From the NCBI GenBank assembly GCA_951406725.2, contig OX597832.1:38626001-38690000 (forward strand): 64,000 bases of DNA, read 5' to 3'. Below are positions 15,240-29,298 of the stretch, piece after piece (position 1 is the first letter of the stretch; the number at the start of each line of letters is the position of its first letter). Below the pieces are notes generated by a model. The model was not told where the DNA came from and made no database searches. It was given only the letters and a program-made list of their open reading frames with translations. A program made the translations under genes and the position numbers. Origin of the DNA: Octopus vulgaris (lineage: Eukaryota).

Positions 15240-15660
15240 GTTGTTGCCCCATAAAGTTTAGTATTTTATTTAAAATCAAATCTAAAAGAATGTTTTCTTA
15301 TTACCCGTATCTCACTTTTAGTTGGGTAAGCATAGCTACATTTAGGCCTAGAAAGAACATTGAGTTTATGATCCTTAAGAGTATTATAAGGTGCATGTGA
15401 GTCTTGACGTTAAAACTCCATCGTTTGTTTTAATCTTTTTAGCTATACATTCAGTCTCTCAGTTTGTGAAACGTTATTAGATCCTGATTTCTTCATATGT
15501 GCTGTTAAATGTATTAGAAAATGTCTGTTGTAAAGGTCTTTGTTAATACCGTAGAGGTTCTTGGTCTTGTACGCTGCAACAAAAATTTTCTGACAATTAC
15601 TAAAAGTTCTAAACACATCGTTAGGGAAGTTTGAAAGAAGCTTTCACTCTTTCTTCTGCT
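15240..15660 (-). pseudogene. Decayed Penelope-like reverse transcriptase (N-terminal part)
   Basis: Fragmented translations KTKNLYGINKDLYNRH and APYNTLKDHKLNVLSRPKCSYAYPTKSEIRVIRK resemble the PLE motifs DKT.N.Y and AFITLKDHK...P.CRLINP.KSEIG. Confidence 0.7.
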
Positions 15661-15819
15661 TCAGTCAATGGATTGTGACCATATTTAAGCACTGCCTTGA
15701 AATTTTTAAATCGACCAAACTGCCCCCGCTGTTTAACTCTGGTGCCCTAGTTCTATACGTTCTTCTTTGCCGAACAGCTCAATTGCGAGGGTATAAACAA
15801 ATCAAAACCGGTTGTCAAC

Positions 15820-16220
15820 ATAGGAGTGGCTGTGTGGTAAGTAGCTTGCTTACCAACCACATGGTTTCGGGTTCAGTCCCATTGCGTGGCACCTTGGGCA
15901 AGTGCCTTCTACTATAGCCTCGGGTCGACCAAAGCCTTGTGAGTGGATTTGGTAGACGGAAACTGAAAGAAGCCCGTCGAATATATGTACATTTATATGT
16001 ACGTGTGTGTATAAGTTTGTGTGTCTGTCTTTGTCCTCCCAACATCGCTTGACAACCGATCCCGGTGTTTTTACGTCCCGGTACCTTAGCATTTCGGCAA
16101 AAGAGACCGATAGAATAAGTACCAGGTTTACAAAGAATAAGTCCTGAGGTCGATTTGCTCGAGTATAGTCGGTGCTCCAGCATGGCCCCTGTCAAATGAC
16201 TGAAACAAGTAAAAGAGTAT
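15820..16220 (+). mobile_element. SINE family A (tRNA-derived head, internal microsatellite), near full length
   Basis: A-box-like TGGCTGTGTGG, B-box-like GGTTCAGTCCC, conserved body, AAAAGAGT tail; about 20 full or partial homologues in the window. Confidence 0.85.
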
Positions 16221-16267
16221 AAGGGTACAAAAAAAATTTGTATTAAGTATGAATACACACACACACG

Positions 16268-16298
<31 letters not shown>

Positions 16299-16339
16299 CG
16301 TATATATGTATATATATATATATAAATATATATATATAC

Positions 16340-16403
<64 letters not shown>

Positions 16404-16468
16404 ATATATATGTATATATATATATATATATTAGTTATATATGATACATATATATATATGTTATATGT

Positions 16469-16516
<48 letters not shown>

Positions 16517-17109
16517 GTATGTATATTTATTTATTTAGTTATATATGACGCCAGGCATTGGTTGGTCTAGGGTCTATGGTGGTAGACAAATGCCCAAGGT
16601 GACGCGCACAGTGGGACTGAACCCGAAACCATGCGGTTGTGAAACGAACTTCTTAACCACACTCCTATACCTTCGTCTCCCTCTGACTTACCGGTATTTC
16701 TCTCTCTCTCTTTAACAAAATTACAGGGATCTGTCGCGCACTGCTCTGGAACTTTAATGGCCTGGGGCTTTCTTCTGGATTTAAAACCAAATTTGCATTC
16801 TGTGTTGTCTTGCGGTATACCTTTGTTATTTGAAAACATGCACGCCATCCGATTCTTCTTCCGTGCCTTTTTTTCATTTTTCTATTACGCGTACACACAC
16901 ACACACACACACACACTCATATACATATATATATGCATTAAGACATATTAGTGTGTGTGTGTGTATGTGTATATTAATCTTCTATATTCTCATGTATTAC
17001 ATAACATTTCTGTACTCTGCTAATATCTATATTGTGTATTATGTAATAGGATATACTATAGGTTCTATTTATTCACTGTACTACATAATATTGGTATTAC
17101 TGTATACTA

Positions 17110-17297
17110 TATCTTTTACTTGCTTCAGTTATTAGACTGCGGCCATGCTGGAGCATAGCACTGAAGAATTTTAGTCGAATGAAACTACACCAGTACATAT
17201 TTTCTTTTTAAATATGTACTTACGCAGAAATAAACGCACCAACACCGACTGTCAAGCGGTAGTGGGGTACAAACAACTGACCTAAATATACACACAT

Positions 17298-17341
<44 letters not shown>

Positions 17342-17353
17342 ATATATATATAT

Positions 17354-17401
<48 letters not shown>

Positions 17402-17555
17402 TAACACGATGGGCTTCTTTCAGTTTCCGTCTACCAAATCTACTCACAAGGATTTGGTCGGTTCGCAGTGAGACTGAAACTGGAACCATGTGTTTGGGAA
17501 ATCAACTTATCGCACAGCCATTCTGTAACTACCTATACAATATTTTATACGCTGC

Positions 17556-17596
<41 letters not shown>

Positions 17597-17850
17597 CTCA
17601 ACCGATTGTCAAGCGGTTGTGGGTGACAAGCACAAGCACACAGATATATATATATATATACATGCATTTATATACACATCAATATATATGTCGATCTTCT
17701 TCGGTTTCTGTGTACTAGATCTACTCAAAAGGCTTGAATCGGCCCGGGGCTATATAAGTAGAAAATACTTGCCAAGGTGCCATGCTGGGGTATTGAAACC
17801 ATGAACAGTGTTATTGTGCAACAAACTCTTTCCAATGCAGCCATACTTGC
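17110..17850 (-). mobile_element. Two partial SINE family A copies
   Basis: Homology to 15820-16220. Confidence 0.7.
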
Positions 17851-18057
17851 TCCTAGAAACAAGTTTGAACCTAATATTTTTTTGCATTGCAAGCGTTAAT
17901 TTAAAGTTCAAGCAAATCACATGCAAAAAGCCTTTATTCGTCAAAATAGATCCCATCATATTCTATTGGGTTGTCCGGAAAGTTCGTGCCGATTTTTAAA
18001 AGAAAGAAAAAGGTCAATAAATATTTGCCATTACATTTTTAATCAACCTTATACTAT

Positions 18058-18674
18058 CGTTTCTACTCTAGGCACAAAGCTTGAAATTTTGGGGGAAGGG
18101 GCCAGTCGATTAGATCGATCCCAGTACGCAACTGGTACTTAATTTATCGACCCCGAAAGGTTGAAAGGTAAAGTCGACCTCGGACGAATTTGAACTCAGA
18201 AAGTAAAAACAGACGAAATACCGCTAAATATTTCGTCCGGCGAGCTAAAGTTTCTTATTTCTTTACTGCCCACAAGGGGTTACATACAGAGGGGACAAAC
18301 AAGGACAGACAAACGGATTAAGTCGATTACATCGACCCCAGTGCGTAACTGGTACTTATTTAATCGACCCTGAAAGGATGAAAGGCAAAGTCGACCTCGG
18401 CGGAATTTGAACTCAGAACATAAGGGCAGACGAAATATCTATTTCTTTATTATCCACAAGAAGCTAAACACAGAGGGGACGAACAAGAACAGACAAACGG
18501 ATTAAGTCGATTATATCGATCCCAATGTGCGTAACTGGTACTTATTTAATCGACTCTGAAAGGATGAAAGGCAAAGTCGACCTCGGCGGAATTTGAACTC
18601 AGAACGTAGCGGCAGACGAAATACCGCTAAGCATATCGCCCGGCCTGCTAACGTTTCTGCCAGCCCACCGCCTT
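18058..18674 (-). mobile_element. SINE family B trimer
   Basis: Three tandem body copies with tail-to-internal junctions near 18438 and 18255. Confidence 0.85.
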
Positions 18675-19303
18675 AATTTACATTATAGTATGAAGTATGT
18701 GTAAGTGTTTTATGTCAAATTTCTACTATTTCAGAACCTTCAGACTTTTTTCCTCAATCCTTAGTTGTAATTTAGTCACACTTAGAGAATGATTCGGTAT
18801 TTTGTACTTGCCTGAATATTCGTAGCTAAGAAGCTCGCTTTGGCAGCCACGTTGTTTCTTGTTTGGTTTCACAGTAGGAACCATAGGCAAGTGTCGACTA
18901 CAATATCACCGGATCGAACAATTACATGTGAATGAATTTCGTTGACGGAAACTGCATGGAAGCTCATCGCATATGTATGTGTGTATGTGCATGGGCATGC
19001 CTGTGTGTTTGCGTGTGTATGTGCGTGTGCGTGCATGGGTGCTTGCGTGTGTATGCTTGTGAGTGTTTGCGTGTGAGTGTTTATGACTGATTTTGTGTTT
19101 GTATTTGATCACGTCCATTGCTTCACAACCGGTGTCGGTTTGCTTACGGCCCAGCAGTTTAATAGCTTCGTAAAAAACAATTGTAACTCATCGCTTAAGA
19201 TACGGTTTTCCTTGTCTTCTTATTTGGATTATATTTTACTCATAAACACAAATATATATGATTATTTGAGAGGAGTGCTTGTGTACGTACCTACATAAGC
19301 CAT

Positions 19304-19339
<36 letters not shown>

Positions 19340-19438
19340 AAGTTAATCCAAACAAGAAAGCACAAAAAACACAATAACGCGAGGACGTGGAACAAATATA
19401 GTATTATTGGACGCTCAGGAAAGAAGGAAAGAAGGAGG

Positions 19439-19473
19439 GTTTAACGTTTCGAGTGGAGCTCTTCGTCGGAAAC
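19439..19473 (-). ncRNA. Minimal hammerhead-like motif with variant core CCGACGA
   Basis: Minus strand: GTTT-CCGACGA-A-GAG(ctcca)CTC-GAAA-CG-TT-AAAC. Confidence 0.45.
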
Positions 19474-19628
19474 AAAGAAGAAGGAAAGATCCCGAGAAGG
19501 GAAGACAGAGAGAAAAAATCGCCAACGGTACACACGTGGTCACATTTTCAATATATTTAGAGATAGTAGGCCCCTTCATCTCACCATATAAAATAATTTT
19601 AATCTCAATACTTACTACTTTATAACTT

Positions 19629-19693
19629 GGCTACACGTGTTTCTTGAGGTACATTTCCCGGTTCCTTAACCACGCCACCCCAATCATCAGGCC
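19629..19693 (-). ncRNA. Type-I hammerhead ribozyme with intact core
   Basis: Minus strand reads GGC-CTGATGA-TTGGGGTG...TACCTCAA-GAAA-CACGTG-TA-GCC: stem I GGC/GCC, 8-bp stem II, palindromic stem III ACACGTGT, GUA cleavage triplet. Confidence 0.75.
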
Positions 19694-19823
19694 TCTATAA
19701 AATTCTTTTATATGGTGGGATGAAGGGGCCTACTATCTCTAAATGAAAAAATATATATTTCCTCATTGAGAATAATTTGAACCCCTGTTATGCCGGAATT
19801 TTTATTCCGCTAACAAATAAAAT

Positions 19824-19879
<56 letters not shown>

Positions 19880-20108
19880 TAAGTAACACACATGCACTGT
19901 GCGTTGTTTCGTTGCCTAAAATTGCCGAACATTTTGATCTAACTACTGTGTAATTTAGATGTTAAGAAACCAATCTTAGAAGGTTTTGTGTTCTAATTGG
20001 TTAGATAATATCAGTTGATGGAGGTTTTTCAATGCATCTTAAAACATGTATAAGAGACCTCAGGGTATTTGAAATTAATATGCAGAAGTCACTACTAAGG
20101 GCGCTTCC

Positions 20109-20152
<44 letters not shown>

Positions 20153-20409
20153 TATATAATATATATATAAATAAATAAATATATATATATATAAAATATA
20201 TATGAGTATATAAACTCACGTGTATGTTTGTATGTATGTATGTATGTATGTATGTATGTGTGTATGAATTTACTTCCGCAAGCAATTATACGCACCTAAC
20301 ATCCAACCTAACTGGATCTGCGCATGAATATGAGTGTGGGTTTATGTTTTAAAATTGGTGCCTGCAGATAGAAAGTGAAGAGTATTGAAGAATATACATA
20401 TACATATAC

Positions 20410-20507
<98 letters not shown>

Positions 20508-21456
20508 ATATATATACTTATATATGTGTATGTGTGTGTGTGTGTCTGTATGTATATATGTATATACATATATGCACATGTGAGACCGTGTGTGTATATG
20601 TATATATGAAGGAAACAGAAAAAAAGGGGGAGAAATGGGGGAGAATACATTCTTTTCATCTTTTCACTTAAAACCTACTTGAAAAAAGCGATAATAATAA
20701 TAATAATAATAATAATGATGATGAAGATGATTATTTTGGAGATTAATGGTAATATTAATAACAATATGGGGAGAAAGATTCCACAACAGTTTTGTTACAT
20801 TCGTAACATCCCCAGAGGCATTTCGCATATAGTAAAAAGAAAGTGATAATGGCTTACATTGCTAGCGGTCAAAGAAATGCATTCATTTCAGAGCTTCCGG
20901 CCGATGGTCAACACAGCGCATGTCTATGCCACAAAATATTAAAACCGGATCCGGGTGTTCACATGTACTGTTGTGAGTGTTTGAAGAAACGTTCGTTACT
21001 TGTCGTCTGCTGTGATGGCATATATAGCACAGCATGGTTGGATTTTTCGGGAAATATATTTTTTTGTTTCTTCTTCTCTTGACCATTGAAGTTATTTTAT
21101 TTATCTACTTAATGTCCATCGCTATACAGCCAGCCATCTTTGGAACGAGGCAATAGCTAAATCATAGCATAATAGATCCCATTGGGGGCTTTGAAAAGAA
21201 TGGGAGATGTGTATATTTGTGCAGGCATCCAGCTGAGAAATTCTGAATTTGAAATGCACAAAACCCCATTAACTGAACAGAATTCTCAGTATTCACTCAT
21301 GTCCTCTGGCTATACAACCAACATCAATAGATTTAGTCTAATTAATTTGTTGCTGTAACAAAATTGATTGAAAGAGAAAAACTATTGAAATTGGTCCAAC
21401 AATAACGAGCCGTCGCATGAAACCTATTTAGAAACCGGATATGTATATGAATATAC

Positions 21457-21509
<53 letters not shown>

Positions 21510-21894
21510 TACATATATATACATGGATACATATTTATTTATATATATATATGTATATGTGTATAGTTGTGTGTGTATATTTGTGTTTGTTTCTGTGGAT
21601 GTTTGTGTGTGTGTGCTTACAGACACGCATGAAAATATAAATATATATATGTAGTTTTCATGAATATGATAAATTCTTACCTCAAGCTGAAACACACTCT
21701 TACACACACATACGCACACACACACTCTTATATATGCATGTGTGTGTGTATATACACACAGAGAGACAAATAAGTATATATATTATGCATATACATGTGT
21801 ATATATATATATATACACATATATATATATATATGCCTATCTATCTATATATATATATCAGTATTATGCATGTATATATATACATATATATATA

Positions 21895-21935
<41 letters not shown>

Positions 21936-22559
21936 TATATAGTGTATATAAATATATATATAGATATAGATATATATATATATGTTTATTTATTTATTTA
22001 CGTAGATATTACAATTTTAGATGCTCTGTTCGAAATTTATTTTTAATACAGATGTAAATATTTATTTCTTTAATTTGTCTGAATTTTATTCCAGATTTTT
22101 GCTTATATTTCCTGAAAACTGTTCCATTCCATTCTAAACTATTTATTGATATTCCTAATCTTCCCTCAAAGCTAAACCCCTGTTTCAGTTTCTGAAACAA
22201 ATTTAAATCTGCATGTGTCACTTTTGCTGTGGTGATGTTCCCTTAAAATTTGCTGCCACTGAAAGAGAAACGAAAAGAAAATGAGCAATAGATATTTGGT
22301 GGAGGAAAGATTTCCTTTACCTCTACCACACTTTCTTCAAAAATTTTCCATGTTTAATTTTTCTCTTCATGTAATATACATACACACACAAATATATATA
22401 CATATATGCACACACACACACGCATATATATATATATATATATATAACAATTAAGGACAACTTCTTAATAAGGAATCTTAACAAGAAATTATCAGGTAGA
22501 AATTATTTACGCTATATATATATATATATATATATTAATTATCAGGTAGAAATTATTCA

Positions 22560-22603
<44 letters not shown>

Positions 22604-22649
22604 TATATATACATATGTATATATACACATGTAATTTTTTTCCTTTAGC

Positions 22650-22702
22650 TGCCCAATGCCCTGTGAGTGGAATTGGGAGACGGAAACTGAAAGAAGTCCG
22701 TC

Positions 22703-22737
<35 letters not shown>

Positions 22738-22955
22738 TGTATGTATATATATTTATGTGTCTGTGTTTCGCCCCACCATCGTGTGACAATCGATGTTGGT
22801 GTGTTTACGTCCCTGTAACCTAACGGTTTGACAAAGGAATTCAATAAAATAAGTACTAGGTTTACAAAGAATAAGGCATGGGTCGATTTTTTTTTGGCTA
22901 AAAGGCGGTGCTGCAGCATGTGCGCAGTCAAATGACTGAAGCAAGTAAAAGAAAA
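22650..22955 (+). mobile_element. SINE family A, headless
   Basis: Homology to 15820-16220. Confidence 0.75.
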
Positions 22956-22985
22956 AATATATATACATATGTATATATACATATA

Positions 22986-23021
<36 letters not shown>

Positions 23022-23748
23022 TATATGTATGTATGTATGTATCTATATGTATATATATATATATACATATATATGCGTGTGTGTGTGGTATAGAAAGATG
23101 GGGTGTATTTCCACGTAGGAAAGGATATATGAGAATTTGCTTTTGAAAATGCACCTGAATTTGAAAAATATGTAATTGTTTTTAAATAAATTTATTTACA
23201 TACATACCAAACTAGTTTTAACATGTTTTTGTTTATCAGTGGTATAATCAAACGTATATAAAACAATGGGACTCTAACAATTCAAAATTACGAAATAGAA
23301 AACATGTTTAAATGGTTAAATGTTTACAAAATTCAATGACAGGTGTAGATGATATCAAAAATGATCGACGAAGAATATAAAAAATGTGGATTACTAAAAG
23401 TTCGGTAAACAGAGAGTAAACAAAGTTGTTGTTTTTTTTACAGATGACAGAAGTTAAATGACTGGGGCATGATGTCTTAGACGCCAACTTCGACGGCTTC
23501 CAAATCTTTTGATACTGTGTAGAAATACTGTAGACGTAAGACCGAAATACTTGGACTCCACTGTCTATCTTTTAACGACACCCGCAAACTAGAATGACAT
23601 TTTCTGAGCTCTGGTGGCAAAGAGCCATCGCCATACATTTCCTACAAGCTTCTCTGGTAGGTGCTGAAATTTGTTTCCACAAACTCTTGCGTACAAAACC
23701 AGCTGGTAAAATTCGCTGAAATGGGGTTGTAATAATGTAGTCTAAAAA

Positions 23749-24165
23749 AGGCGGTGAGCTGGCAGAACCGTTAGCACGCCGAGCGAAATGCTTAGCGGTA
23801 TTTCGTCTGCCGCTGCATTCTGAGTTCAAATTCCGCCGAGGTCGACTTTGCCTTTCATCCTTTCGGGGAGGACAAATTAAGTACCAGTTACGCATTGGGG
23901 TCGATATAATCGATTTAATCCGTTTGTCTGTCCTTGTTTGTCCTCTCTGCGTTTAGCCCCTTGTGGGCAGTAAAGAAATAGATATTTCGTCTACCGCTAC
24001 GTTCTGAGTTCAAATTCCGCCGAGGTCGACTTTGCCTTTCATCCTTTCGGGGAGGATAAATTAAGTACCAGTTACGCATTAGGGTCGATATAATCGACTT
24101 AATCCGTTTGTCTGTCCTTGTTTGTCCCCTCTGTGTTTAGCAACTTGTGGGTAGTAAAGAAATAA
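23749..24165 (+). mobile_element. SINE family B dimer (184-bp period)
   Basis: TATTTCGTCT at 23799 and 23983; the second unit lacks the head. Confidence 0.85.
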
Positions 24166-24309
24166 GAAAATAGTAAAAAATTATTATCATTATTGAAACT
24201 GCCGACATTTTCCTTCGTGTGTTTTTAATTAATTCAATGTAATGATTGAAGTGTTATTTTAATCTTCTTTTTTATTTCTTTTCTGATATTTATTTGTTCA
24301 GAAAATCAA

Positions 24310-24480
24310 TTTTGTTTGTAAGCAACTCCCAAAGTTCGCCTACCATCTTAATGAAATAAAAGTTTGGTAAGGACGAGAGGAAGTTTTGAAGAACTGTCGG
24401 AGAATTGATGGCGTGGTAATGGTGTGTTGAAGAGTTTACTTCATGAGAATAGGGCGACAATTTATCATGTCAAGATTGTC
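24310..24480 (+). pseudogene. Tc1 transposase remnant
   Basis: PKFAYHLNEIKVW*GREEVLKNC...DGVVMVC resembles SDESKF...VWR..GE...C...GGSVMVW. Confidence 0.45.
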
Positions 24481-24871
24481 ATGTTTGTGTTTCTCGTGAA
24501 AACTGTGATGAAACAGCGAAGATAAAGATGTCAGGCTGTATAATGAATGATATGTGAAGGATATAGTTAACACTCACACACACATAAATACATGTTCATA
24601 TGTGAACAGCTATATGCGTATACATATATAGTACATATATCATATACTGTATATCTATATATATATATATATATATACGTGTGTGTGAGTGTGTGTTGTG
24701 TGTGCGTGCGTATGTGTGTGTGCGTGAGTGTGTGTGCGTGTGTGAATATGTGTATCAATATGTATACATGTATATATTTATATAGACAGAAATTGAGAGA
24801 TGGCAGAAAAAATATATCAGCGTGCATACATTTCTCCATATATGTGTGTATGTATGTGTTTGTGTGAGAGC

Positions 24872-24928
<57 letters not shown>

Positions 24929-24954
24929 CATATATATATATATATGGCTTCATT

Positions 24955-25412
24955 AGAGGTTCACATCAGTGTTTAGCAACACCTCTCCCGAAGGGGAGCG
25001 GCAAGATCTAAGGCTAAGATATGATATTTACTTACCCAGACAACGAAAGATAGAATAATATGGCTACTATAGAGCGGATACGTATTAATTCCTTAAATGA
25101 TCTACAAAGAACTTGGATCACGAGAAAACATTTCCTAGCATAACGAGTACTCTTTGTCTACTACGAGGAAAAGAACAGCCTGTCAACATAGATTCTGCAA
25201 TCAGGTGAGATTTTCTTTTGACAAGGTGAACATAAAGGTGCAGAATAGTTGCATGGTAAAAAAACTTCCTTCCCAATGACATGGCTCTGCATCCAGTCCC
25301 ACTGTTTGGCATCTTGGGCAGTTGTCTTCTACTATAGCCTGGGGCTGACCAAAGTCTTGTGAGTGGATTTGGTAGATGGAAATCGAAAAAAGCCCGTCAT
25401 ATATAAATATGC

Positions 25413-25493
<81 letters not shown>

Positions 25494-26190
25494 TGTCTCC
25501 AACACTGCTTGACAATCGGCGCTGGTTTGTTTACATCCTCGTAACTTAGTGGCTCGGCAAAAGAGACCGATAGTATAGGTGCCAGACTTATGAAAAAAAT
25601 GTATTGGGAGCGATCCATTCGACAAAATTTCTTCAAGACACTGCCCCAGCATTGCCGCAGTCTGTTGAATGGAATAGATAAAAGAGTAACGATAAAATAT
25701 ATCAGTTCGAGAGGAAGAAATGGATATCTTAAAGAGATTTTTAAAATGGTTATCACACCTCACAGCATGCAATAAGCGTTCAGTTCCCAATATCTTCGCT
25801 GTGCCTCTCCTAACTCCCACACTTGGCCTACTCAACTACTCCCTACAAGAAATGAATAAGTTAAAGGGAATAAAACTCAAAAGAATCTATGTCACATAAA
25901 AAGTTTAAAATCAATTGAAATGCATTCAACTTATATTTCTGCCGCAAGAAAACTAAGTACAGTCTTAATTGATATTAACTCTAGATACTTATAGTGAAGC
26001 CAATATCTATATTGCAAGCAAGAATTTCTGCGAGTGTCTCCTTAGATTTACAAGAAGCCATCGCACTCTTTGATAAAGAAAAAGAAACACAACGCATGAA
26101 ACCACGACAGCAAATTCTATGCAAAGTAATAATAGCGACGATATATGAGCGTTCAACTTCAGTCGAACGACCTACACAAATGATTTGTTT
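24955..26190 (+). pseudogene. Highly decayed CR1/L2-type LINE RT, interrupted by a SINE
   Basis: Remnants in the expected order: FTSVF, DFS..FDKV, LKWL, AVP...TLGLL. Confidence 0.5.
25240..25690 (+). mobile_element. SINE family A inserted in a LINE remnant; internal (GT)n
   Basis: Homology to 15820-16220. Confidence 0.75.
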
Positions 26191-26210
26191 ATACTGATCA
26201 AATACGTATA

Positions 26211-26455
26211 TATTTCTTTAATGCCCACAAGGGGCTAAACATAGAGGGGACAAACAAGGACAGACAAAGGGATTAAGTCGATTACATCGACCACCAGTGC
26301 GAAACTGGTACTTTATTTATCGACCCCGAATGGATGAAAGGTAAAGTCGACCTCGGCGGAATTTGAACTCAGAACGTAACGATCGACGAAATACCACAAA
26401 GCATTTCGCTAAACAATTCGCCCGGCGTGCTAACGATTCTGCCAGTTTGCCGTCT
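26211..26455 (-). mobile_element. SINE family B
   Basis: Homology to 32542-32774. Confidence 0.85.
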
Positions 26456-26456
26456 C

Positions 26457-26527
<71 letters not shown>

Positions 26528-26547
26528 TGATGATGGTGATGATGATG

Positions 26548-26606
<59 letters not shown>

Positions 26607-26639
26607 CATAATAATAATGATGATGATGGTGATGATATG

Positions 26640-26880
26640 TATATATATATATATGTGTGTGTGTTTCTGTTCCCCCCCCCCCCCAACATCGCTTGACAAC
26701 CGACGGTGGCGTGTTTACGTCATACTAACCTGTTGTTACTAGCGGTTCGGGAAAAGTGACCGATACAATAAGTACTAAGCTTACAAAGAATAAGTTGTGG
26801 GGTCGATTTGCTCGACTAAAGGCGGTGCTCCAGCATGGCCACAGTCAAATGACTGAAACAAGTAAAAGAGTAAAAGATAT
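26640..26880 (+). mobile_element. SINE family A, 3' half
   Basis: Homology to 15820-16220. Confidence 0.75.
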
Positions 26881-27018
26881 ATATATATATATGTGTGTGT
26901 GTGTACATATGTACAAGTGTGTATGTGTGTGTCTGCGTGTGTGCGCGAATGTGTGCGTAACATATGTGTGTGCATGTGTTTGTGTGTGTGTGTGCATGTG
27001 TGTGTATGTGTATGTGTG

Positions 27019-27059
<41 letters not shown>

Positions 27060-27150
27060 TGTAAACAGCGTATTTAGGTGTAGATAACACGCATTCGTGA
27101 AAGTTTCTTGGAGCGTAGCATTTATATGTTTAATGCCTATTGTTACTTAC

Positions 27151-27197
27151 ATACCATGAGTTAACCCTGCTGCCTAGGAATTTAAATACCATTCTTT
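27151..27197 (-). other. Candidate 47-nt exon
   Basis: TTTTCTGCAG acceptor, GTAAGT donor; one open frame ([15 protein letters not shown]). Confidence 0.35.
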
Positions 27198-27283
27198 CTG
27201 CAGAAAATGATTGTATCAAAATTCCTGGACACCGGGGTGATCACGTGGCACCGATGTAACAAAAGCAGCATTTTGTATGTGTA

Positions 27284-27361
<78 letters not shown>

Positions 27362-27362
27362 C

Positions 27363-27414
<52 letters not shown>

Positions 27415-28848
27415 GAGTGTGTGTGTATGAGTGTGTGTGTTTTTATGTGTGTGATGTATATCATAAAGGTATATTATATTCGCGCGCATGTATATACAGA
27501 TACACACACACACACATACACACGCATAGTACTATTCTCTTGAAGGATAGATCTCTGCATAATAGTTTGTGGACTTGTACCGCGCTTTAAGCAGATAGGC
27601 AAGCATGTGCACACTCACTCAACAAACATATATACCTTGAGAAAGATCTTCACAATGTGCGTGACTCACAAGCATTAATCTACCCGGGGCTAAAATAGAA
27701 ATAGAAAACACTTCTAGAAGTTGTTGCACCTTGTAAGATCGAACCCGAAACCAGGTCGTTGAGAAAGAAACTTCTTAACGATTCTGCCGCGTTTTCTCCT
27801 CCGTACAAAGGGATATTCGTGAGTGTATATTTATGTGTGTGTGTGTGCGTATGTGTGTGTGTGTGTGTGTGTGTGTGTTTGTGTGTGTGTATGTGTGTGT
27901 GTATTAATAGTTATCGCCAAGCTAACATGGCAGTCCAGAAATATAGGACGAATGCTGCCGTTGATTAGCTCCAAAAGGCCATCGCCTCTAGCTAGCTATG
28001 TGACACACGAACCTGTGTCCATTATAAACTTTAAACAGGGGAGGTCAGCCACTTCCCCTTGTTGGTCTGGCATCTACAAACTAGTTTCAGGGTATTTGAC
28101 CCTTATCTCTTTCTCTCTATATATATATATGTATGTATGTATGTATGTACATTTATATTCTTATTTATCAAGTAAGACGGAACGGGTGTGTATCAAGGCT
28201 TGAAGAATTATTCGTCGGCAATACAAGGTATGTTGCATAAATCTACCGAAGCATTGTGCGTCCACGGCATGAAACCATTTGTAGTTCATATTTAGATACT
28301 GTGTATATAAAATTATACGTATGCGTATATGTATATACATACGCATGAATATTAGTATATAAATTATATATAGTGTAAGTATATGTGTATCACTGGTGTA
28401 TCTGTATATACATGCGCACGAATATAATATACCTTTAAGATATGCATCACACACACACACACACACATACACACACACACACACACAAACATATATATAT
28501 ATATATACATTCATACAAACGAACATATATATATATATATAGATATATGCTTATGCATATATATGTGCGCGCATTTACATATATATATGTATATGTATTT
28601 ATTATGTATATATATATATGTGTATATATATTTTAACGGTATATATTATATGCCATATACACAAACACATCAAATTCTGTTTCTATCTACCTGTTCTCAA
28701 AACAGTGCATTAATAATTATATCAAATATATACAAACACATTATCTGTTTATTCTGCATCTAAAAAACATCAGTTCATTAATTGTCTCAATTAATTGATG
28801 GATCACACAATCATATAAACAATTTACAAATTACCTTAATATTTGCGT

Positions 28849-28907
<59 letters not shown>

Positions 28908-29027
28908 GGTGGGTGTTCATGTACGAATATACGTGGGGTGTGCTTAGGAACGTATACACGTGCGTGCTTTTATGTACGTATATACGTGTACGAGACCTTG
29001 TGTATGTACGTGAAAGTATATACCTGT

Positions 29028-29082
<55 letters not shown>

Positions 29083-29271
29083 GTCGTGATTTAATTAAGT
29101 TACAGATATTACATAGGTTGTGTGTATTGTTGTACGTCATGTGAAACAATGGAGACGACTCAGCTGGAATGAAGCCGGTCTCTCCTCTCTGAGCTGTGTA
29201 ATGTTTGTAGAATTGACTACAACACAATTAACAACAGATGTAAATATGAAACATTAAGGTTAGTTACTCAC

Positions 29272-29298
29272 GGCCACCATCTGCATGAAAATGTAACA
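29272..29298 (-). other. Candidate 27-nt (or 9-nt) frame-preserving microexon
   Basis: Branch point CACTAAC (29325-29319), CTTCAG acceptor 21 nt downstream (alternative TTTTCATGCAG gives 9 nt), GTGAGT donor at 29271-29266. Confidence 0.4.

Larger units (their letters stand above)
19339..19828 (-). mobile_element. Non-autonomous Penelope-type element with two hammerhead motifs and an internal inverted repeat, embedded in (TA)n
   Basis: Shares the GACGCTCAGGAA...ACGTTTCGAG block with copies near 33715-33915, 43020-43215 and 58297-58485; inverted arms at 19555-19601 and 19698-19744; (TA)n on both sides. Confidence 0.6.

Noticed and set aside
18058-18674. Regularly repeated units resembling a CRISPR array or satellite
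   Set aside because: The units are SINE bodies with no unique spacers; eukaryotic context, no cas genes.
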